Below, piece by piece: positions 10,374-19,017 of a stretch of DNA of 64,000 bases. The stretch's first letter is position 1, and every line of letters starts with the position of its first letter. The DNA comes from Bdellovibrionota bacterium (GTDB lineage Bacteria; Bdellovibrionota_G; JALEGL01; DATDPG01). Where the stretch lies: the NCBI GenBank assembly GCA_963668355.1, contig OY764265.1, forward strand, positions 96,001 through 160,000. Reading direction: 5' to 3'. A program made the position numbers and the translations under genes. The notes below the pieces were generated by a model that was not told where the DNA came from, did no database searches, and saw nothing but the letters and a program-made list of their open reading frames with translations.

Positions 10374-12473
10374 ATGAAAGCGTATCCATCCAATGAAATT
10401 CGAAACATCGCGTTCGTCGGCCACGGCCGATCTGGCAAAACCTCTCTCACAGACGCTGCCGTCTTTGACGTAGGCGCAAGCACTCGACTGGGACGAACGG
10501 AAGACAGCACATCTCTCTTTGACTTGGAACCGGAAGAAATCCATCGCGGGGGTTCCATGACCACTCATTTCAATTGGGTGGAGCATGGCGGCACTAAAAT
10601 CAATATGATTGATACGCCGGGAGATCAAAACTTCTTTTTAGATGGTGTGAGTGCCATGTATGGCGCAGATGCTCTCGTGGTCGTGGTCAGTGCCTCGGGT
10701 GGCGTTCAATTGCAAACGAAACGCGCCTGGGCAGAAGCCGACAAACACGGCCTATCTCGCGCGATTGTCATCAACAAAATGGATCGAGCCTCCGCAGACT
10801 GGCAAGGTTTGGTCAACAAAGTTGGCACCTCACTCAATGCCCAACCCGTAGCCATCCAAGTTCCCATGGGTGCTGGAGAGGCCTTTAATGGCGTTGTGGA
10901 TCTGTTTCGGCAAAAGGCGATTACCTGGCCCAATGACGCTCCGGGAAAAGCGACGGAAGGTGAAATTCCTGCAGACCTTACCGATATGGTCGCAGAAGCT
11001 CGCGCAAACATGATTGAGTCCATCGTTTCCACAGATGATGCGCTTTTGGAAACGTACTTGGACACCGGCGATGTCAGCGAAGAACAAGTGAAGAAGGCGT
11101 TCAACTCAGCCATGGCCCAGAATAAAGTGGTCCCCGTCTTGTTCACCAATGCCAAGTTAAACATTGGCGTGCGACCTCTTTTGGACCTTGTTGCAGCTTG
11201 TTTCCCGAACCCTCTGGACCGAAAAACGTTGGAAGGGACGGACGAACAAGGAAACGCCGTTGAAATTAAAGTGGATGAGAATGAACCTTTCGTGGGCCAA
11301 ATCATCAAAACGCTTTTTGACGAACATGCAGGCCAAATTTCAATGATTCGTGTCTTTTCCGGATCGACCTCTTCTGAAGCATCGGTTCGAAATGCGGCCT
11401 CCCGAGACGAAATGCGTCTGGGTCACCCCTACTTCCTCCGAGGAAAAGAGCGAACCAAAGGGGAACAAATTGTCTGCGGAGACATCATCGCAGCTGTAAA
11501 ACTCAAAGATGTTCACACCGGAAACACTCTCTGTGATCCGAAAAGTGTTCGAAACCTTCCCAAGGTTCAATACCCAGATCCCATGATGTCTTTGGTCCTC
11601 ATTGCCCAAGACAAAAAAGACACCGACAAAATCAAAACGGCGGCCAGCCAAGCCATGGAAGAAGATCCTTCTTTGAGCCTGACGTCCGACGAAATGACGC
11701 ATCAAATGATTCTCAATGGAATGGGAAATGCTCATGTGGAATGCGCCATTGATCGGATGAATCGAAAGTTCAAAATCAACATCACCACGGATCTTCCCTC
11801 CGTTCCTTACAGAGAAACCTTGGCCAAGCCCGTCAAAAATGTGGAAGGAAAACATAAAAAACAAAGTGGTGGTGCCGGACAGTTTGGGCTGTGTTATTGC
11901 GATTTTGAACCCACTCCCATGGGAAGTGGTTTCGAATTCGTCAATAAAATCTTCGGAGGAGCCATTCCGAAGCAGTTCATTCCCGCCGTGGAAAAAGGAG
12001 TTGTCGACAAAGCCAAAAGTGGATCTTTGGCCGGTTATCCGGTGGTCGATTTCAAGGTGACGCTCATCGATGGGAAACACCACCCCGTGGATTCCAAAGA
12101 CATTGCATTCCAATTGGCTGGAGTCAAAGCCATGAAAGGTGCCATGGCCAAAGCCGGAATGAAACTCCTCGAACCCTACTACAAAATGGACATCATGGTC
12201 CCCAGCGATAGCGCTGGAGACATCATGGGTGACGTGACTTCTCGTCGAGGCCAAATCGCAGGAATGGATACGGAAGGTGATATGACCATCATCCATGCGA
12301 CGTGTCCTTTGGCTGAGATCCAACAATACGTGGCCGATCTTCAGTCCATGACTCAGGGAAAGGGAAGCTTCACACGCTCTTTCGATACGTTCCGAGACGT
12401 CCCCGGAAACCTCGTCGAAAAGATTCAAAAGGCGAGCCCCTTCCTGAAGAAGGACGAAGACGACGACGAATAG
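10374..12473 (+). CDS. Elongation factor G-like protein (EF-G2 type)
   Basis: GHGRSGKT, DTPG and NKMD GTPase motifs; HKKQSGGAGQF in domain IV; effector motif RGGSM rather than RGITI; outside an rpsL/rpsG operon. Confidence 0.9.
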   Translation: MKAYPSNEIRNIAFVGHGRSGKTSLTDAAVFDVGASTRLGRTEDSTSLFDLEPEEIHRGGSMTTHFNWVEHGGTKINMIDTPGDQNFFLDGVSAMYGADALVVVVSASGGVQLQTKRAWAEADKHGLSRAIVINKMDRASADWQGLVNKVGTSLNAQPVAIQVPMGAGEAFNGVVDLFRQKAITWPNDAPGKATEGEIPADLTDMVAEARANMIESIVSTDDALLETYLDTGDVSEEQVKKAFNSAMAQNKVVPVLFTNAKLNIGVRPLLDLVAACFPNPLDRKTLEGTDEQGNAVEIKVDENEPFVGQIIKTLFDEHAGQISMIRVFSGSTSSEASVRNAASRDEMRLGHPYFLRGKERTKGEQIVCGDIIAAVKLKDVHTGNTLCDPKSVRNLPKVQYPDPMMSLVLIAQDKKDTDKIKTAASQAMEEDPSLSLTSDEMTHQMILNGMGNAHVECAIDRMNRKFKINITTDLPSVPYRETLAKPVKNVEGKHKKQSGGAGQFGLCYCDFEPTPMGSGFEFVNKIFGGAIPKQFIPAVEKGVVDKAKSGSLAGYPVVDFKVTLIDGKHHPVDSKDIAFQLAGVKAMKGAMAKAGMKLLEPYYKMDIMVPSDSAGDIMGDVTSRRGQIAGMDTEGDMTIIHATCPLAEIQQYVADLQSMTQGKGSFTRSFDTFRDVPGNLVEKIQKASPFLKKDEDDDE

Positions 12474-12525
12474 GTCCGCTTCGATTTTCGCATCTACATA
12501 TCGTCACCGACATATGTACATGGTC

Positions 12526-12547
12526 AAAGCCATATAAATATGGCTTT
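12526..12547. repeat. Perfect 10-2-10 palindrome AAAGCCATAT-AA-ATATGGCTTT
   Basis: Seen directly between EF-G2 and the ArsR gene; weak terminator or operator. Confidence 0.5.
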
Positions 12548-12618
12548 ATCTATCTACATATTGCCACGACCACACACGACCATATAATAGACCCTCTCAA
12601 AACTTGGGCTTTTTTATA

Positions 12619-12648
12619 TTGACATATTCTTATATTCGAATGTATTTA
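12619..12648 (+). promoter_or_regulatory. sigma70-type promoter with an SqrR/BigR-type operator (ATTC-N8-GAAT) in the spacer
   Basis: TTGACA at 12619-12624; ATTC 12626-12629, 8 nt, GAAT 12638-12641; AT-rich -10 region near 12643-12648. Confidence 0.7.
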
Positions 12649-12656
12649 TAAGAAGT

Positions 12657-12950
12657 ATGGAAAACAAAACTCGCGAACAAGCACAGAAGGCCTGCAGATG
12701 CTTGCAGGGAATCTCGCATGAAATTCGGTTGGGGGTTATTCTCGCTCTTCAAACTGGAGAAATGAACGTGTCGAGCCTCGTGAAAGCGTTAAACATTCCC
12801 CAACCCACCCTCTCTCAACACCTAGGTCTTATGAAAGAGCGAGGCATATTGGTGGCCAGACGGGAAGGGAATCAGATTTTTTATCGCGTGGAAGACCCAC
12901 GAATTTTCGACCTCTTATCCATGGTCAAAACCGTTTTTTGCAAATCTTAG
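12657..12950 (+). CDS. ArsR/SmtB-family repressor, BigR/SqrR-like
   Basis: wHTH pattern QPTLSQHL...RREGNQIFY; C-terminal VFC Cys95 plus Cys13 and Cys15. Confidence 0.88.
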   Translation: MENKTREQAQKACRCLQGISHEIRLGVILALQTGEMNVSSLVKALNIPQPTLSQHLGLMKERGILVARREGNQIFYRVEDPRIFDLLSMVKTVFCKS

Positions 12951-12963
12951 GAGACCCGCTCTC

Positions 12964-14259
12964 ATGAAACGAATCGCACTTACCCTTTTATTTCTTTCTT
13001 TTTCATCTCCGATCTTTGGCGCGGAAAAACTCTCGTTAAGCCGAGCTCTATCTTTGATCAAAGAAAGTCCCAGGATTCAAGCCAGTGATGCCATGACCCA
13101 AGAAGCACACTCCCAAAAGAATATGTCTTCTTCCATGTTCTACCCGGCCGTCACGTTGAGCCACGGATACATGTACACCAACAATCCTGTGGGCGTTTTC
13201 TCGGCCAAACTTCAACAACGACAATTTACACAAGCGGATTTTGCCATTGGCGCACTTAATGAACCCGACGCTGTCCACCACTCCCATACTCGCTTCCAAC
13301 TCGCACAACCCCTGCTCCACAGCTTCACCGATGTGTACAATTACGAGGCAGCCAAACATGGGTACGAAGCCAAAAAGGCCGAGCATCAGTTTCACACGCA
13401 ACAAGCTCGCTTGGAAATCAGCAAACTTTACTACGCGCTATTGACCTTGGAAGCCCGAAACCAAATCCTCAATGAGGGCATCGCACAGCTCACAAAACTG
13501 GAAGAGTCCTATTCCTTGATGGAGGCACCCACTCCAGCCACGACCACGAACTTTTTAATTGCTCAATCCATTCGCTTGAAACTCAGCGCCCAAAAAAGTG
13601 GAATCACTTCGGCGCATCAAGAGTTGGAGCGTCTGCTCTCCGCTCATTTGGGATATCCCGAATCCACGAAATGGGATCTCACAGACCCCCTTCCCAACGT
13701 TGAAAGTTTGGAACTTAAGCGTGAGGCCGACGCCCTTCGCGCAGATGTAAAAGCGGCTCGCGAGAGCATTCTAGCAGCCAAAGCGGCTTCCAAGGCTTCA
13801 CAATCGACCTGGGGACCCAACCTTGATTTTGTTGCTGGGTACAACCTCTACTCAGGAAATTACAAAGATTTCGATGACGCCTATGACGTCGGTCTGCAAT
13901 TCACGTGGCCCATTTTTCAGGGCCCTCGTATGAGCCAAAATGAGAAAGCCAAAGCTCAGCTAAAAGCTGCCAAAGAAATGGAACGGGCCACGACACTGGA
14001 AGCCCAAGCCAAAAAAGAAAATGCGACAACCAATCTTCAAGCCCGCATTCAGGAATACGAGGTCTTGAAAGAAGCCAAAGAAAAATCGCGACAAGCCAAT
14101 CGCATTGCCAAGAAGAGATATGCGCAAGGGACCCTCCCCTTGTTCCATTACTCCGAGTCCATTCAAAACTGGGTCGCCATTCAACAAGAGGTCGTCGAGG
14201 CGCAACGAAGAGCCAACGAAAGTTTTGTCACGTTGAAATTTGAACGAGGTGCATTATGA
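12964..14259 (+). CDS. TolC-family outer-membrane efflux protein
   Basis: Signal peptide, helical OEP repeats, YPAVTL and WPIFQG strand motifs; directly precedes an RND gene. Confidence 0.88.
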   Translation: MKRIALTLLFLSFSSPIFGAEKLSLSRALSLIKESPRIQASDAMTQEAHSQKNMSSSMFYPAVTLSHGYMYTNNPVGVFSAKLQQRQFTQADFAIGALNEPDAVHHSHTRFQLAQPLLHSFTDVYNYEAAKHGYEAKKAEHQFHTQQARLEISKLYYALLTLEARNQILNEGIAQLTKLEESYSLMEAPTPATTTNFLIAQSIRLKLSAQKSGITSAHQELERLLSAHLGYPESTKWDLTDPLPNVESLELKREADALRADVKAARESILAAKAASKASQSTWGPNLDFVAGYNLYSGNYKDFDDAYDVGLQFTWPIFQGPRMSQNEKAKAQLKAAKEMERATTLEAQAKKENATTNLQARIQEYEVLKEAKEKSRQANRIAKKRYAQGTLPLFHYSESIQNWVAIQQEVVEAQRRANESFVTLKFERGAL

Positions 14260-17200
14260 ATTCCAATCATCCAACTTACCCGCTCGGTCTCGCTGGGAAA
14301 TTTGCGAAAGCTTTTGTCAGCTCAAAACTCACTCCGTTACTCATTTTTGCGAGTTTGTTCCTGGGACTCTTTGCCATCCTGATCACCCCTCGGGAAGAAG
14401 AGCCTCAAATCGTCGTTCCCATGGTGGACGTCATCGTCCCGTTTCAAGGAGCTTCTCCGCGTGAAGTGGAAGAGCGAATCATCAATCCCATGGAAAAGCT
14501 TCTTTGGGGAATTCCAGATGTTGAGTACCTCTATTCCACCAGCATGTTGGAGCGAGGATTGGTCACGGTTCGTTTCAAAGTTGGAACCCCACTTGAACCT
14601 GCGGTTCTGCGTGTACACCACAAACTTCGAGAACACATGCCCGAGAAACCAGATGGCGTGGGATTTCCCCTCATTCGCTCTTACACCATTGATGATGTTC
14701 CTTTCTTAGCAACGACGCTACATAGCTCCACGGTCCCGGATCATGAGTTGAGACGAGTCGGACAAGAGTTGGCCCATGAAATGGCAGAAATCACGGACAT
14801 TTCTCGCATTGAAGTCATTGGCGGCGAACCCCGACAAATTCAAATTCTTCCAGACCCAGAAAAACTCAAACGCTACAATGTCAGTCTCTTGGAATACTTT
14901 GAGCCGCTTCTGACCACGAACACCGAAGGCATGGTCGGGACGACAAAAAAAACCAATCCCGAGTGGCTTGTGGAAGTTGACGGATTCTTTCAATCGGCAC
15001 AAGAAATTGGCGATGTCGTTGTGGGCATCAAAGGAGGACGTGCCATACGCGTCAAAGACGTAGCGTCTGTAAGGGATGGCCCGGCCGAACGCACACGAAA
15101 AGTCCTCTTCAAAAAGAAAGGCCAAGAGTTCGAAAACGCCGTAACCCTCTCATTCGCCAAGCGACCGGGGACCAACGCAACGGCCCTTTCCCACAAAGCC
15201 CTCGACAAAATTGAAAAAATCAAAACGCGACTCCTCCCGGAAGATACACAAATCTCCATCACCCGCGACTATGGAGAAACGGCCAAAGAAAAATCCAACA
15301 CGCTCATTGAACACCTGCTCATCGCAACGTTCTCCGTAATGATTTTGATCGCCCTCTTTTTGGGCGTGAGATCCTCCCTGGTTGTGGGAGCTGCCGTTCC
15401 TGTGACCTTGGCCCTCACACTCCTCCTATATTATCTATTTGGGTACACCCTCAATCGAGTAACGCTTTTCGCACTCATTTTTTCGATCGGAATCTTGGTG
15501 GATGATGCCATTGTGGTCGTTGAAAACATTCATCGCCACTTTCACGACAAGTCTTTGCGTGCCAAACGCTCCCTCCAAGAAATCATCGTCAATGCCGTAA
15601 GTGAAGTCGGGAACCCCACCATTCTCGCAACATTCACAGTCATTGCCGCCATCTTACCCATGGCGTTTGTGGGAGGACTCATGGGACCTTACATGCGGCC
15701 CATTCCCATCGGCGCTTCCGTGGCCATGATTTTTTCTCTCGTGATCGCCTTTACGATTTCTCCATGGGCGGCCCGAAAAGCTTATCGCGGTGAGTTCAAG
15801 AAAATTCAAGAACACGACACCGAGGAACCAGAAGATGAGAAAAAGTCCATGCTGGATCGAATTTACGATTCGGTGATGCTCAACCTATTGAATAAATCTT
15901 CTGCACGCTGGGCCTTCCTGATTGCATCCCTATTGATGTTCACGGGCATTGGTTGGCTCGTGTACGGAAAAATCGTGCGCGTGAAAATGCTTCCGTTCGA
16001 CAATAAGAGTGAATTCCAAATCGTCATCGACATGGATGAAGGAACGCCCTTAACTGACACCGTAGAAGTTGCAAAATCCATGGGTGAAGCCCTTGAAGAA
16101 GTTCCGGAAGTGGATAACTACCAAATTTATGCCGGAACCAATTCTCCCATCAACTTCAACGGCTTGGTTCGCCATTACTTTTTAAGGCAATCTCCACACT
16201 TGGCCGATATTCAAGTCAATCTCCTTCCCAAACATGATCGAGATCGTCAGAGCCATGACATCGCAAAGGCCGTTCGTCCTCTCGTCGAACGCGTCGCCAA
16301 AGAAGCAGGCGCAAGGGTGAAAGTGGTGGAGATTCCTCCTGGCCCCCCCGTCCTTTCAACCTTGGTGGCCGAAGTCTACGGCCCCGATATGGCCTCGCAA
16401 AAAAGAGCGGCTGAAAAAATTCATTCCTTCTTTGAAGAAACCGAGGGGGTCGTGGACGTGGACTGGACCCTCACGCATGAACAAAACAAGTATTTGATCA
16501 AAGTGGATCGGCGTCGCTCGTCACTCAAACGAGTGCCCATCGATCGAGTTTTTAAAACCATTGCGGCAGGCATGGGAGGCGCACCTTTGGGCCTCTTGCA
16601 CGACGAGACCTATCCAGAACCGGTTTTCATTTCGTTGCAACTCCCTGAAAACCACCGAAAAAATCTGGAGGCGGTGTTGGAACTTCGCGTTCCATCCAAC
16701 GATGGCTCCTTCGTTCCCCTGAAAGATCTGGCCAGCGTTGAAAAAGTCACATCGAGCCAGCCCATCCACCATAAAAATCTCCAACGCGTGATCTATGTGT
16801 TTGGAGACTTAGCGGGGGCGGAAGAGGCTCCCGTTTACGCCATTGCAAAATTGAACCAAAAACTCGAAACGCTCAAAAACAACCATGGCGAATCCATTCA
16901 AGTCTATTCGACACACCAACCTGAAATCACGGATGATATTTCCATGAAATGGGATGGAGAATGGCACATCACCTTTGAAGTGTTTCGAGACATGGGAATT
17001 GCCTTCGGCATCGTCATGATTCTCATCTACATTTTGGTTGTGGGATGGTTTCAGTCGTTTCTGGTTCCCTTCATCATCATGATCCCCATTCCGCTTTCCC
17101 TGATTGGAATCATTCCGGGACATTGGATGTTTGGAGCCTTTTTCACAGCCACATCCATGATTGGATTCATCGCCGGAGCGGGAATCATCGTTCGAAACTC

Positions 17201-17483
17201 GATCATTCTCGTGGACTACATCGAGCTAGGGTTAGAGCAGGGACAGGATTTAAAATCGGCCGTTTTGAAAGCCGGAGAAGTTCGTTTCCGACCTATGTTG
17301 CTCACGGCAGCTGCTGTGGTGGTCGCCGCCTTTGTCATTCTCTTCGACCCTATCTTTCAGGGATTAGCGGTTTCCCTCATGATGGGAGAAGTGGCAGCCA
17401 CGCTGCTTTCCCGTTTTGCCGTTCCCCTGCTCTATTACGTCATGGTGGGTAAAGCGAGAGCCAAAGAATTGGCCCCAAAATAA
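14256..17483 (+). CDS. RND efflux transporter permease (AcrB/CusA superfamily)
   Basis: 1075 aa; PREEEPQI, GILVDDAIVVVENI and RFRPMLLT motifs. Confidence 0.95.
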   Translation: MNSNHPTYPLGLAGKFAKAFVSSKLTPLLIFASLFLGLFAILITPREEEPQIVVPMVDVIVPFQGASPREVEERIINPMEKLLWGIPDVEYLYSTSMLERGLVTVRFKVGTPLEPAVLRVHHKLREHMPEKPDGVGFPLIRSYTIDDVPFLATTLHSSTVPDHELRRVGQELAHEMAEITDISRIEVIGGEPRQIQILPDPEKLKRYNVSLLEYFEPLLTTNTEGMVGTTKKTNPEWLVEVDGFFQSAQEIGDVVVGIKGGRAIRVKDVASVRDGPAERTRKVLFKKKGQEFENAVTLSFAKRPGTNATALSHKALDKIEKIKTRLLPEDTQISITRDYGETAKEKSNTLIEHLLIATFSVMILIALFLGVRSSLVVGAAVPVTLALTLLLYYLFGYTLNRVTLFALIFSIGILVDDAIVVVENIHRHFHDKSLRAKRSLQEIIVNAVSEVGNPTILATFTVIAAILPMAFVGGLMGPYMRPIPIGASVAMIFSLVIAFTISPWAARKAYRGEFKKIQEHDTEEPEDEKKSMLDRIYDSVMLNLLNKSSARWAFLIASLLMFTGIGWLVYGKIVRVKMLPFDNKSEFQIVIDMDEGTPLTDTVEVAKSMGEALEEVPEVDNYQIYAGTNSPINFNGLVRHYFLRQSPHLADIQVNLLPKHDRDRQSHDIAKAVRPLVERVAKEAGARVKVVEIPPGPPVLSTLVAEVYGPDMASQKRAAEKIHSFFEETEGVVDVDWTLTHEQNKYLIKVDRRRSSLKRVPIDRVFKTIAAGMGGAPLGLLHDETYPEPVFISLQLPENHRKNLEAVLELRVPSNDGSFVPLKDLASVEKVTSSQPIHHKNLQRVIYVFGDLAGAEEAPVYAIAKLNQKLETLKNNHGESIQVYSTHQPEITDDISMKWDGEWHITFEVFRDMGIAFGIVMILIYILVVGWFQSFLVPFIIMIPIPLSLIGIIPGHWMFGAFFTATSMIGFIAGAGIIVRNSIILVDYIELGLEQGQDLKSAVLKAGEVRFRPMLLTAAAVVVAAFVILFDPIFQGLAVSLMMGEVAATLLSRFAVPLLYYVMVGKARAKELAPK

Positions 17484-17506
17484 AAACGAAAGGACCCTTA
17501 AAAAAA

Positions 17507-17698
17507 ATGAAAAGAGAACACATCATTCGCCTCTTCGCCGGAACATTCATCTTAATTGGCTTAGCCCTGTACCAATGGGTCAGTCCCTGGGGCCTCATCT
17601 TGCCTCTTTTTGTGGCCCTGAACCTCATCCAGTCAGCGCTGACCAAGTGGTGTCTTTTGGAAGATATTCTAACCAAGATGAACATTGGAAATGCCTAA
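17507..17698 (+). CDS. DUF2892 / YgaP-like small membrane protein
   Basis: Two hydrophobic helices and the NLIQSALTKWCLL motif with a conserved Cys. Confidence 0.85.
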   Translation: MKREHIIRLFAGTFILIGLALYQWVSPWGLILPLFVALNLIQSALTKWCLLEDILTKMNIGNA

Positions 17699-17785
17699 GC
17701 TCTCGTCGGCTTACCCGCACCAAGCCTCGTTTTTTTGGCGTTTCGGGGTTAGACCTTCGTCCATTTTGTGGTAGAAGGTCTGCCT

Positions 17786-18367
17786 ATGAAGCGAATAGGC
17801 GTATTTTGCGGATCGGCAGCAGGTAAAAACCAAGCAATTCAACAAGTTACACAAGAACTCGGACGTCTCATGGTTCAAAGAGATCTCTCTCTGGTCTACG
17901 GAGGAGCTTCCGTGGGTTTAATGGGCATGTTGGCGGACCAAGTCCTTCAATCTGGCGGACAAGCTTATGGAGTCATCCCCAAAGCCATTGAACGCAGAGA
18001 AATTGTCCATCGCGGACTGACGGAACTTTATGAAACCGAAACCATGCATGAGCGCAAAACGACGATGGCCAATCTTTCCGACGCCTTCCTCATTCTTCCG
18101 GGTGGATTCGGCACGCTGGATGAATTTTTTGACGTCACAACCTGGGCCCAACTGGGAAGCCATCAAAAACCCATCGGCGTTCTGAACATCGCCGGATATT
18201 ACGACGGACTCTTCACATTCTTCCGCCGCGGCATCGAAGAACAATTCATTTGGCCCGAACATCGCAAATTCATCTACCTCGAAGAAGATCCCACAAAAGT
18301 CCTCGACCAACTCGAAAAACACGAACCCCCCAAGGTCGACAAATGGGTCCCCTGGGACAAAATCTAA
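17786..18367 (+). CDS. LOG-family (TIGR00730) phosphoribohydrolase
   Basis: VFCGS, YGGASVGLMG, MHERK and PGGFGTLDE motifs. Confidence 0.93.
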   Translation: MKRIGVFCGSAAGKNQAIQQVTQELGRLMVQRDLSLVYGGASVGLMGMLADQVLQSGGQAYGVIPKAIERREIVHRGLTELYETETMHERKTTMANLSDAFLILPGGFGTLDEFFDVTTWAQLGSHQKPIGVLNIAGYYDGLFTFFRRGIEEQFIWPEHRKFIYLEEDPTKVLDQLEKHEPPKVDKWVPWDKI

Positions 18368-18428
18368 CCAACCGGGGTCAGGTCCCATCTGAGATTTTTA
18401 GGCTTAAAGCCATCTTCGATAGAAGTTG

Positions 18429-18884
18429 CTAAGATTCGGATTGTTCGGGTTCCGTCTTTTCTTCCTGAGAACTTTCTGAGTCCTGGGCAGGTGTAGCCTT
18501 GGCGGCCGCGATTTCTTTGGCGCGCTCCAAATCCTCTTCCTTAAAAAGCTGTTTCACGGTTTCCGGAGGCCGACCAAATACCGCTTTCACACCCCGAAGC
18601 ACAATGGGCCGCTGCAATAAAGAAGGCTCTTCCGCAATCCCAGCAACCAGCCCCTCTTCATCATTCAAATCCAATTCGAGTTCCTTGAAGGCGGGCTCTT
18701 TTTCTCGAACCATGTCTTTGATTTCCACACCCAATTTGGAAGCCAAATGTCGAAGCATTTTGGGTCCTGGCGGAAGCTTCAAATACTCAATGATCATGGG
18801 GTCAACCCCATGGTCCTTCAGGATTTGAAGAGTCTCCTTGCTCTTACTGCAACGAGGGTTGTGATACATAATCCATTCACTCAT
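18429..18884 (-). CDS. ArsC/Spx-family protein (glutaredoxin-type arsenate reductase-like) with acidic tail
   Basis: YHNPRCSKS, LLQRPI and GRPPE motifs. Confidence 0.85.
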   Translation of the reverse strand: MSEWIMYHNPRCSKSKETLQILKDHGVDPMIIEYLKLPPGPKMLRHLASKLGVEIKDMVREKEPAFKELELDLNDEEGLVAGIAEEPSLLQRPIVLRGVKAVFGRPPETVKQLFKEEDLERAKEIAAAKATPAQDSESSQEEKTEPEQSES

Positions 18885-19017
18885 AATTCACTGCTCTTTC
18901 TGTGGTCTGCTCAATTATTCAGCGGCGCAATGTTTGTAAAAATACGTGAGTATGGGAATGGCATCAAGTCCGTAAAATCAAAGCAAAAAGTGTTCAATCG
19001 GAGCAGCGACCATTAGA

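Noticed and set aside
11340..12428. 362-aa minus-strand ORF
   Set aside because: Antisense shadow of EF-G2.
12492..12585. Short repeats considered as a mini-CRISPR
   Set aside because: Only 8-10 nt, two copies each, and no cas genes.
12657..18884. Arsenic-resistance operon (ArsR plus ArsC)
   Set aside because: The ArsR lacks the helix-3 CxC arsenite site, there is no ArsB/Acr3, and the arsC-like gene is separate and on the opposite strand.
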